Origin: Ktedonobacterales bacterium
GTDB taxonomy: Bacteria; Chloroflexota; Ktedonobacteria; Ktedonobacterales; JADMIN01
Assembly: GCA_030167145.1 (NCBI GenBank)
Contig: CP126532.1
Span: forward strand, 4,650,001-4,682,000
DNA: 32,000 nucleotides
Reading direction: 5' to 3'
Position 1 is the first letter of the stretch, and each line of letters opens with the position of its first letter. The notes under the pieces were generated by a model. That model did not search any database and was not told the DNA's origin. It saw only the letters and a program-made list of their open reading frames with translations. Positions 14,680 to 22,761 of the stretch are shown here, in pieces. The position numbers were made by a program, and so were the translations under genes.

Positions 14680-17600
14680 CTACTCGTCGTGGTGATGCGC
14701 GACGACGTTCGCTGGCTCCGGTTCAGGTGTCTCCTGCGACTGGAGCGAAAGATAGGCGAGCAAGAACGGATCAATGGCGCCCGCCAGTATGTCTTTCGGG
14801 TGGCGTTCGCGGTGGCCGGTACGCGGGTCGCGGACGTATTGCGTCTTCGCCAGCCGGTAGACGCGCGCCACCTCTTCGCTGTGCGGCGGCACGGGCGGCT
14901 CCCAGATGAGCCGCGCCGCGATCAGTTCTCGCGCCACGCCAACAGCGTCCGCGCAGCGCACGCGCACGCGCTGGCATGACCGCGGCTCTTGCGCTTCGAT
15001 GGTATGGGCCGGCTGTGATGCCCGGTCTTTGCCTTCGCGCGGGCGTGGCTCGGCGATGTCGGTCACTTCGAGCGCCTCACGAGAGAACGGAATATCGTCT
15101 TCTGGTGGGATCGGCAGAAGGTCTACGCGCGCAAGCTGGGTGAGCGAACGCGCGCGGCTGCGCTCGCGCGGTTCGCCGTCGTCGCGCTGGAGTTTGTGGA
15201 CGCCGATTTCGCCCGCCAGAATGCCGCGCAGGTTGGGGCCGCGAATCAGCAGCATCGGCGCCGTGTCTGGCTCGCTGACGAGTTCGACATCGTGGCCCTT
15301 GCGCGCGGCCCAGCTTCGATACATCTCGCAGAGTGTCGCGGGCCAGTCGCCTGGCTCTTGCGAGAGCGGGGTGACGACAGGCGTGATACAGAGGAAGAGC
15401 GCATCGGTGGCGATCACGTCGGTCGCGCCCGCCATCAACTCTAACTCGGCCAGCGCCGCGTCGCGCTCTAACTCTTCAAAGCTGCTCGTGAGCCGCTGGA
15501 TGCCAGCGGTGTCGTTGTTGCGACGGATCATTTCGGCGACCTCGGCCAGCCGCTCCGCGCGGTTGCGCAGATTGCTGAAACGCTCAGTCACGCGCTCGAT
15601 ATGATAGATCGCGGACATCACGAGGCGGGCGCGGTCATTGTCATCCCAGAAGCTGGGTTTGTTCATTTCGTCCAGGAGCACGGCGCTGCGCGCTTTGAGC
15701 GCCTGATAGCGCTCGCCCGCAATGTGGGCATCGAGTTCTTCACGCCGTGCGACAATCGCCGTTCGTAGCTGGCCCAGGTCCATGCCACGGGTGCGCCCAC
15801 TTGCGGCATCCACGATGGTCAGGCGCTCATCGCGTATCGCGCGCTCCTCCTCGGCTGGCTCTGGCCCCAGGTCCGGGTTGACGGGAATGATCGCCGCGTC
15901 AATATGCCCATCTTCGACATAGAGTTCAAGCAACTGCTCACCAGCGGCGGGCTGGGCTGCGATTCTGCGGGCGAGCGGCAAGAGCACTTCTTCGCGTATC
16001 GCGCGCTGAAGTGGGCGAGCGCCGTAGGTCTCGCTGAAACCAGCGCGCACAATGGCATCCAGCACTTCTTCACGGAAATCGAGCAGGATGTTGCGGCGGA
16101 GCACACCCTCGCGCAGCAGCGCCTTGCCCAGCTCGCGCCGGGCGATGCGGCGCATCTCGTCCACGCCGAGTGGCCGGAACACAACAATCTTGTCCAGACG
16201 ATTGATGAACTCTGGGCGGAAGTACTCTTCTACGGCGCGCATGACCTGCTGACGACGTTCGTCTTTGCGGTCGCTGCTTTCGAGGAAACCCAGGCCACGG
16301 TTTCCGGAGAGTTCCGTGCCGATGTTCGAAGTCATGACGATGATCGTGTTACGCAGGTCTACTGAGCGGCCTGAGGAATCGGTGAGGCGCGCATCGTCAA
16401 AGACCTGCAAGAAGAGGTCGAAAACTGGTGGGCTGGCCTTTTCAATTTCATCGAGCAGGAGGACGGAGAAACTCTGGCGGCGCTGCTTTTCGGTCAACTG
16501 CGCCGTGAGGTCGGGCACGCTGAGGATGGTCTTATATTCGCTCATATCGAGCCGGATGAGCTTGTCTTTGCTGCCAAAGAGATATTCGGCCAGCGTCTTG
16601 GCGAGTTCCGTCTTGCCGACACCGGTGGGGCCGACGAAGAAGAGTACGCCCAAGGGGCGGCTTGGATCGTTCAATTCGGCCTTGACGAGTGTGACGACAT
16701 CCGCGACGGTGTTGACTGCTTCCTCCTGGCCAATGACCCGCTCATTGAAGTAGTCGTGAATTTCTTCCTGGGCGAGCGGGATCGTATCCGAGATGATTTT
16801 TTCGGGCAGCCCGGTGAGCCGTGAGAAGGTGGCGCTGACCAGATCGGCGGTGACGATGAAATCACGGGCTCCTGCTTGAGGCTGCTTTTGGGGCTTACCC
16901 TTGTCATCCGGGCTTGTGTCATCGCGGAAGCGCGCGGCCTCACTGAGCAAGTGCGTCGCTTTGCCGGGGAATGCCTGATAGGGCAGGAAACGGCGCGTCA
17001 ATTCGAGCGCACGCTCGATGGCGATATTCTCGATGCGCACTTTGTGGGCACGCTGAAGGTCGCGAGCAACGGAGGCGAGAATCGCTTTCGTGGCGTCGCG
17101 GTCTGGCTCTTCCAGGGTGATGATGTTGAAGAGCTTCATCAGCGAGAGGTCATCGGCCAGGGCGCGCGTGCCGTAGCCCGCGCCGCTGTAGTTGTCGGGC
17201 GTACTCTCGCCAAGCACCACGATATCCTGGCGCTCCAGGAAAGGCCGCAGGAAGGTGGAGAAGCCATCGGATTTATCCGAAGCGCGGCCCGCATCGCGCA
17301 GCGCCCAGAGGTCTTCGATGTAGAGGAAGATACGCTTGCCGCTCTTGATGGCCTCAAGCAGCTCACCAAAGCGTGTCTGCCACTCGCCAAGGTACTTGGT
17401 GCCGACCAGCACGACGCCCGTGGAGACCGAGACGATCCGCGCGCCGTGCAGCGCTTCGGGCGCCTGTTTGTGTGCGATTCGCGAGATGACTTCGTGCAGC
17501 ACAGCGGTCTTGCCGATATTCGCGTTGCCGAGCAAGAGCACGCTGCGCCGTGCCGTCATGCTCTCGAAGACCTTGGCGACCTCGGCCTCGCGCCCGTAGG

Positions 17601-17721
17601 CATGCGCAAGTTGTCCCGCCAGCGCCCGCTGGGTCAGGTCCGCTGCGCCAAGTGACACGATGCGTTCGATGATAGATGCCTCATCATTCGCGGAATCTCG
17701 CCTCACACAGCTCCTCCTCAT
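14680..17721 (-). CDS. ClpA/ClpC-like double AAA+ ATPase fused to a degenerate (SPF-less, GGQ-less) RF2-like release-factor module
   Basis: D1: GNANIGKT (aa 65-72) and KYLGEW. D2: GPTGVGKT (aa 364-371), LLLDEIEKA, MTSNIG, FRPEFINRLD and YGARPLQRAI. aa ~650-995 align along E. coli RF2 (FWDD, GDWPATLCEMYRSWAARKG, GVHKLQR, VYRL..VRDPRTG....ILAG.IDPFL). Alternative start: GTG at 17706, 6 nt after GGAGG. Confidence 0.85.
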   Translation of the reverse strand: MRRSCVRRDSANDEASIIERIVSLGAADLTQRALAGQLAHAYGREAEVAKVFESMTARRSVLLLGNANIGKTAVLHEVISRIAHKQAPEALHGARIVSVSTGVVLVGTKYLGEWQTRFGELLEAIKSGKRIFLYIEDLWALRDAGRASDKSDGFSTFLRPFLERQDIVVLGESTPDNYSGAGYGTRALADDLSLMKLFNIITLEEPDRDATKAILASVARDLQRAHKVRIENIAIERALELTRRFLPYQAFPGKATHLLSEAARFRDDTSPDDKGKPQKQPQAGARDFIVTADLVSATFSRLTGLPEKIISDTIPLAQEEIHDYFNERVIGQEEAVNTVADVVTLVKAELNDPSRPLGVLFFVGPTGVGKTELAKTLAEYLFGSKDKLIRLDMSEYKTILSVPDLTAQLTEKQRRQSFSVLLLDEIEKASPPVFDLFLQVFDDARLTDSSGRSVDLRNTIIVMTSNIGTELSGNRGLGFLESSDRKDERRQQVMRAVEEYFRPEFINRLDKIVVFRPLGVDEMRRIARRELGKALLREGVLRRNILLDFREEVLDAIVRAGFSETYGARPLQRAIREEVLLPLARRIAAQPAAGEQLLELYVEDGHIDAAIIPVNPDLGPEPAEEERAIRDERLTIVDAASGRTRGMDLGQLRTAIVARREELDAHIAGERYQALKARSAVLLDEMNKPSFWDDNDRARLVMSAIYHIERVTERFSNLRNRAERLAEVAEMIRRNNDTAGIQRLTSSFEELERDAALAELELMAGATDVIATDALFLCITPVVTPLSQEPGDWPATLCEMYRSWAARKGHDVELVSEPDTAPMLLIRGPNLRGILAGEIGVHKLQRDDGEPRERSRARSLTQLARVDLLPIPPEDDIPFSREALEVTDIAEPRPREGKDRASQPAHTIEAQEPRSCQRVRVRCADAVGVARELIAARLIWEPPVPPHSEEVARVYRLAKTQYVRDPRTGHRERHPKDILAGAIDPFLLAYLSLQSQETPEPEPANVVAHHHDE

Positions 17722-17795
17722 CTTGCGCCGTACACATCAGCGTCTCCTGCCATACGCGCGGATTGGCGCGTGTGTTGCTGGAGACTGCTATTTTC

Positions 17796-17824
17796 AGTGT
17801 ACCCCTGGATGCTGAGACACGCAA
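17796..17824 (-). promoter_or_regulatory. Candidate sigma-70-type promoter for the AAA+-RF gene
   Basis: Minus strand: TTGCGT (17824-17819), 17-nt spacer, TACACT (17801-17796). Pattern match only. Confidence 0.25.
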
Positions 17825-17851
17825 GCGGAGAGAGATGGAGAAGCGGGAGGC

Positions 17852-17888
17852 GGGAAGCGCGGCTCTCACGAGCATATTCGCGCTTCCC
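17852..17888 (-). terminator. Hairpin 20 nt after the anti-sigma stop (possible terminator or processing site without a U-tract)
   Basis: Perfect 10-bp inverted repeat GGGAAGCGCG (17852-17861) / CGCGCTTCCC (17879-17888) with a 17-nt loop. A pyrimidine-rich stretch follows on the minus strand, but there is no clear T-run. Confidence 0.3.
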
Positions 17889-17907
17889 CTTGGGGATACT
17901 GCTTTGC

Positions 17908-19452
17908 CTAATTCCCCCACAGATAGTAGTTGCTGTTGTCTTCGAGCGTGGTAGTAGCGCCTGTGGCGAGCGAGTAGAGGGACAATTTGCCCGTGTCAGT
18001 CAGCAGCAGCATCGCCTGACTATCGCCGCGCCACGCACTCCAGCCACCATTTACGATGGTGTAGGAGCCACCGCTCGTCGCCAGGCCAACTTGTGACGAG
18101 CCAAAGGGGCCTTGTGAGCCATAATTTGAATACGCCGTCACCACATAACTGCCATCGGGCGAGAAGTACGGTGTCGTGAGGCTTTGCGCCACTTTAGAGC
18201 CGAATGGCTTACTGCGCTGCGAACCATCGAGGCTGGCATAGACCAGCGGCGTATCGGCGACTGTGTTGGTGTCGCTGGGGAACGAGGTCGGCCCAGGGCT
18301 GTGATAAACGACATGGGTTCCATCGCGCGTCACGTCCCACGGCGCGGTCCAGTTGCAGATGGTCGTGCCCTGGCAGCCGCCGTTGCCATATTCGCCCAGC
18401 GGAGCTATTTTGGTATCCTGTCCGGTCGCCAGGTCAATGCGATGGATGTATGCCTGCCCTTCACTCTTGTTCTGATAGCCGCCGTAGAGGAGATACCTGC
18501 CATTGTCCACTACTTTCGGTGGGCCGCTGGAGACAGACCACCAGGCGATGGTGGTGATAGGTGTCTCGGCTTCACTGTGCAGGTCCACACGCACAATCCG
18601 CGAGATGCCAGTGGGGGCGTCGGGACTCGCGTTGGTAATGGGTACAATCGCTCCCAGAAAGGTATTGTCGTCCAGCCATCCCAGGAAGATGCGCACATCG
18701 TCTCCATTCGCGGGATCACTGCCAAAATCAATCGCAAAGTGAGTCGTGGTCTGCGCTCCCGTTTGCGCGTCTATGGCGACGACCGGTGAAGGATTTGGAT
18801 ACTGCTGGATTCCCACCATGAGATAGTGATTTGATGGCGACCAGGCGACTGGATACGCTTGCGCTTTAACTAGTTCTCTGGGCGCAGAGCAGCCAGTAAC
18901 CACGTAGACGTGCGAGTCGCCGCGCTCATAGGCGTACGTCAGATTGGAGCCAGGCGCATTCGCGCAGACGAAAGCTGAGGGGGCGGGCGTCGTCGTTGGC
19001 TCAGCGGTGGCCGTGGTTTGCGGTGTCGCCGTTGGCGCGGTGGTGACAGTTGGGTTGCCGGTAGGCGTCGAGGCGACCGATGGGCCTGGGCGGTGCGACG
19101 AGAACAGGGCGAGAAAGCCCACCACCACCAGCGTGGCGGCAAGCACGGCGGCCACGCCCAGCAGTGCGCGGCGGGCGGGGGGTATGTCGCGGCGTGGTGG
19201 ACGCGGCGGGCGAGGAGCAGTGGTGAGCGTAGGCGCGGTGTCGTCGAAGTGGGCGCTGGGCAGGCCCAGGCGCAGGGGCGAGCGGGCCAGGGTGTAGAAC
19301 CGGCGATACATGGTGAGAGCCTCCTGACAGATGGCGCAGGTCGCCAGATGTGCTTCGACGGCGGCGCGCTCGTTGTCGGAAATGCCGCCGCTGTGATAGT
19401 CGGAGACGCGGCGAAGCCATTCGTGCGCGGTAGGGCGGGCGCTGGCGCTCAT
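17908..19452 (-). CDS. Anti-sigma factor (zf-HC2) with transmembrane helix, Thr/Pro linker and extracytoplasmic TolB/WD40-like beta-propeller domain
   Basis: N-terminal HLATCAICQEAL (H-x3-C-x2-C). Transmembrane helix LLGVAAVLAATLVVVGFLALF. TP-rich linker. C-terminal repeats with SPDG/DG..L motifs. The ATG overlaps the sigma gene's TGA (ATGA at 19449-19452). Confidence 0.8.
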   Translation of the reverse strand: MSASARPTAHEWLRRVSDYHSGGISDNERAAVEAHLATCAICQEALTMYRRFYTLARSPLRLGLPSAHFDDTAPTLTTAPRPPRPPRRDIPPARRALLGVAAVLAATLVVVGFLALFSSHRPGPSVASTPTGNPTVTTAPTATPQTTATAEPTTTPAPSAFVCANAPGSNLTYAYERGDSHVYVVTGCSAPRELVKAQAYPVAWSPSNHYLMVGIQQYPNPSPVVAIDAQTGAQTTTHFAIDFGSDPANGDDVRIFLGWLDDNTFLGAIVPITNASPDAPTGISRIVRVDLHSEAETPITTIAWWSVSSGPPKVVDNGRYLLYGGYQNKSEGQAYIHRIDLATGQDTKIAPLGEYGNGGCQGTTICNWTAPWDVTRDGTHVVYHSPGPTSFPSDTNTVADTPLVYASLDGSQRSKPFGSKVAQSLTTPYFSPDGSYVVTAYSNYGSQGPFGSSQVGLATSGGSYTIVNGGWSAWRGDSQAMLLLTDTGKLSLYSLATGATTTLEDNSNYYLWGN

Positions 19453-20177
19453 TGTGTCCCTCCCCTGGCGTCCAAGCGGGAGTAGACCGCGCGGAAGCGC
19501 TCTTTGGCGCGAAAGAGGAGCTTGCGGACATTAGCTTCGGAGAGGTGGAGCGATGCGGCAATCTCGTGGACCTCGAAGCCAGCGGTGGTTTGTAGCAGCA
19601 GCACCGCACGCCAGCGCGGTGGCAATTCCGCGAGTACGCTCCACACGGCGTCGCGTTCGGCGATGGTGGCGGCGAAGTCTTGATAGGGGAGATCGGGTAT
19701 CGGCGGTCTGCGCCAGGAATCTGAACTTGTAGCGCCCGCTTCTGGTTCGACGGTGCTCAGCCCGACCCAACCGAAGCGGCGCTGGCGGCGCAATGCCGTC
19801 AGCGCGATATTGGTGGCGATGCGATACAGCCACGCCTGAGGATGTTTGATGGCGGCCAGATTGGGCGCGGCGGCGTAGGCGTTGAGAAACGTTTCCTGCA
19901 CGAGGTCCGCCGCCCATTCGCGGTCGCGTGTCATGCCAAAGAGATAGTCCAGCAAGGGCAACTGATAGCGGGTGAATAACTGCTCGAATTGCGACTGCTG
20001 GCCGCTGGCAGAGCTGGCGCCGCTCGGCTGAAGTGGCCGGGACGTCGGATCGCCGCCGAGCGCGGGCAGCCAGCGCACGCTGATGAGTGCGTGGAGCAGC
20101 GCGAGCAGACGTGCCCGCATGCTCCGGTGCGTGCAGCGCCGCGCTACGCCGAGGCGCAAGAATGCGCTCTGAACCAT
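19449..20177 (-). CDS. ECF-type sigma-70 family RNA polymerase sigma factor
   Basis: Region 2: LVQETFLNAY and WLYRIATNIALTALRR. Region 4: LPPRWRAVLLLQTTAGFEVHEIAASLHLSEANVRKLLFRAKERF. The start is uncertain (ATG at 20177 or 20120). Confidence 0.85.
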   Translation of the reverse strand: MVQSAFLRLGVARRCTHRSMRARLLALLHALISVRWLPALGGDPTSRPLQPSGASSASGQQSQFEQLFTRYQLPLLDYLFGMTRDREWAADLVQETFLNAYAAAPNLAAIKHPQAWLYRIATNIALTALRRQRRFGWVGLSTVEPEAGATSSDSWRRPPIPDLPYQDFAATIAERDAVWSVLAELPPRWRAVLLLQTTAGFEVHEIAASLHLSEANVRKLLFRAKERFRAVYSRLDARGGTQ

Positions 20178-20485
20178 ATGCTTTTACCGCCCTCCTCACC
20201 GGAATGCCGCCATAGGCGCAAGTCGTTGCTTCGCTACCATCTATGACAACTGGCGAAGGGAAATAAGGACAGTGAAATAGCTCACACTTTCGGGGATGTG
20301 GGTAGGTGTGGCGACATATATTCTGCGGGCAGGCGATGAAGCATTGAGAGAAGATGCGGGCTTGGGGTGGAATGCGCACGCGGTAGAAAGTGGTGGATAG
20401 CGACAAGCCACACCTGCTGGGCCGTTGGGATGACCTATCAGGTGTGGCCTTGACTATATGGCAGTCCTCGGTGTGTGGCGGACGC

Positions 20486-21535
20486 TCAGAAGAGCGCCGA
20501 CCATGTGGAGTCGCTTGAAGAATCGCTTGCAGGATTCCCCTTGGGGTCGGTGGTATCGGTGGCAGTGGAAGCCTGTTTGTCGCCAGCGGCGGGCTGTGGC
20601 CGAACGAGGAGCAACGGGCGATGTGTGCCCTGCAGAACGCGCTCGGCGACGCTGCCAATAGCCCAGCGGGTGAACCCGGAGCGACCATGCGTGGCGAGGG
20701 CAATGCCGTCACAGCCGCCGAACGCGCCCGCGCCTTCGGCATCCTCGCCGTCCTGCGCCACGCGGATGATCGCCGAAGCGGCGTCATCGTCCACCGCTAC
20801 GGAGTACGTGATGGGATACGAGAGCGCGTCGGGACGCTCAGCCTGGACGTGGTCGGCCACCTGTCTGAGATATGCTTTCGCATCCTGAACGGCAACCGGT
20901 TCGGCGATACCGAGAATCGCGATTTCCCTCGGATCCACTACGCGCAGCAGGTGCAGTGCGCCCGCGCCCTTGCCCGCGAGCGCAGTCACCAGGTCAACCG
21001 CTGGAAGGAGCGCCATCTCAGCATGTGGGGAGCCGTCCAGCGGAACGAGCAGCCGTGTCAGGTGATCGGGTTCGGCGCTGGTAAGCTGCGCGCTGCTATC
21101 CTGGCGGACGATAATCACTGGCACCGGCGCATGGCGCGCCACTTGTTGCGCGATGCTACCCATCAGCCAGCGTTTGAAGCCGGTGCGACCGTGGCTCGTC
21201 ATCACGATCAAGTCAGCCTTGTAATAGGTGGCCAGATCGAGGATGGCCGGCGCTGAGATGCCCACTGTTGCTTTTACCTGTGTCTGCACGCCTTGCAGTT
21301 CAGGCGAGGCGGCAATGCGCTTGAGATACTCCTCGACTGCGGCTTGCTCTTCGTCGAGGATGCGCGGATTGAGCACGTCACCGCCGTAGAGATACGGGCC
21401 GTAGCTCGCTGGAATCCGTACGATCTGCACCAGGGTCACTGAGCCGCCGCTGGCACGGGCGATCCGCGCCGCGACCGGCACTGCGCGCTCGGCACGAGCC
21501 GATCCGTCTAAGGGAACCAAAATACGTGTGTACAT
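20486..21535 (-). CDS. Tandem-domain universal stress protein (UspA family)
   Basis: Two Usp domains (MYTRILVPLDGS...DLIVMTSHGRTGFKRWLMGSIAQQVARHAPVPVIIV and RLLVPLDGS...ATHGRSGFTRWAIGSVAERVL). ATG at 21535 follows AAGGAG 7 nt upstream. The upstream part of the ORF-track call is unsupported. Confidence 0.85.
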   Translation of the reverse strand: MYTRILVPLDGSARAERAVPVAARIARASGGSVTLVQIVRIPASYGPYLYGGDVLNPRILDEEQAAVEEYLKRIAASPELQGVQTQVKATVGISAPAILDLATYYKADLIVMTSHGRTGFKRWLMGSIAQQVARHAPVPVIIVRQDSSAQLTSAEPDHLTRLLVPLDGSPHAEMALLPAVDLVTALAGKGAGALHLLRVVDPREIAILGIAEPVAVQDAKAYLRQVADHVQAERPDALSYPITYSVAVDDDAASAIIRVAQDGEDAEGAGAFGGCDGIALATHGRSGFTRWAIGSVAERVLQGTHRPLLLVRPQPAAGDKQASTATDTTDPKGNPASDSSSDSTWSALF

Positions 21536-21695
21536 CGTTGCGCTCCTTTGCTCACAATCACCAAGAGTTATTCCGCATGGCGCGTGCCGGATGGATGCAT
21601 TGGGCCGCTGGGGTATGCGCGCTCGCCATTGAACGCGCGCCCTGGCGGTGCCGAACGGCTCGCAAGCGCCGCTGCGCTGGTGTGCCTTCGCAACC

Positions 21696-21761
21696 TCACG
21701 ATAATGCGTACATGTCACAACGTCATCACACGGAGGCACCGTATGTCACGATTCGCTCACG
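21696..21761 (+). promoter_or_regulatory. Array of TCAC[AG] direct repeats in the usp/usp divergent intergenic region (candidate response-regulator boxes)
   Basis: TCAC[AG] starts at 21696, 21715, 21726, 21746 and 21757. Two 11-bp-spaced pairs lie 31 bp apart. The 24831-24886 region has the same architecture. Confidence 0.4.
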
Positions 21762-21999
21762 CCGAGTAAAAGGACCATGGCATGAAGCCAGGCGAATCCT
21801 GAGAGGGATGCTAGAGCACGGTGCGTGTAGAGGACGAATGTGCTACGTCGCGATTAGGGGTTAGGCGGGTGGTGATGACGGAGCGTGCATGGGCTGTGAG
21901 CTTGGCGCATGGAGTTGTGATGGCGTTGAGACCCAGATGCCGCAGACTGAAGAGCGGAGGTGATGAAAATTGCGCGCCGTGCCGGTAAAGGAGAGTTGT

Positions 22000-22761
22000 A
22001 TGAATGAAGCGATATTGGGGGCGCGCGAGCAGCGTGGCCAGGAATGCGCCGGTTTGAGTGCGCACGGTGTGCATGAGATTGTCGTGCCAGTGGATGGGAG
22101 CCATCGCTGTGAGCGAGTACTGCCACTCGCGATTGCGCTGGCGCGAGTGCTGAACGCGGAAGTGGCGCTCGTCCGCACGTATGAGCAGCCACAGTATGTG
22201 CCATCAGGGTCTGCGTTGCTCTTCACGCGCAGCCGCGTTCAACGCGCGCCACTGCATCAGGCGAGCCTCTATCTCGCCCGCCTGGAAGAGACGTTGCGCG
22301 CCCGCGCTGTACGGGTCCGCAGCCTGCTATACCAATGGCCACTGGCCGACGCGCTGCTTGCCTGCATGGCCGGCGGACCAAGCGATCTGCTGATTTTGCT
22401 AGGGGAGACGCCAGGCGCACAGGGGGAGAGCAGGGACACTGGCACGATACAGCAGGTGCTGCGCGAGACACGCTCGGCGGTTTTGCTGCTCACGGCGGCG
22501 CGCGCTGATGCGCTGGTGCGGAGCGAGTTGCGTGGGCCGCACATGCGGATGCTGCCGGAAACGGTGACAGATGACGGGCAAGAGCTTGCGGAGCGGCTGG
22601 GACACATCTTGCATGGCAGTCCCACAACTTTGGACACGAAGGATGTGGATGTAGTTGCGCTCACTGCCAGTGGCGGCGATAGCCATCAGCGCATGGAGCA
22701 GATCGAACGCGCGCTATGGCTGCTGCGCACTGGCAATGGCGCGGTGCTGGTTGTGCCCTAG
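22000..22761 (+). CDS. Universal-stress-protein-like protein (divergent Usp domain)
   Basis: HEIVVPVDGSHRCERVLPLAIALA...DLLILLGE...VLRETRSAVLLL. ATG at 22000 follows AAGGAG 6 nt upstream. Confidence 0.7.
   Translation: MNEAILGAREQRGQECAGLSAHGVHEIVVPVDGSHRCERVLPLAIALARVLNAEVALVRTYEQPQYVPSGSALLFTRSRVQRAPLHQASLYLARLEETLRARAVRVRSLLYQWPLADALLACMAGGPSDLLILLGETPGAQGESRDTGTIQQVLRETRSAVLLLTAARADALVRSELRGPHMRMLPETVTDDGQELAERLGHILHGSPTTLDTKDVDVVALTASGGDSHQRMEQIERALWLLRTGNGAVLVVP

Noticed and set aside
14737-15774. prfB-style programmed +1 frameshift or separate prfB gene within the RF2-like region
   Set aside because: The RF2-like segment is in frame with the AAA+ modules and has no internal stop. No frameshift is required, and I saw no internal Shine-Dalgarno-plus-start combination at the junction that would argue for a separate gene.
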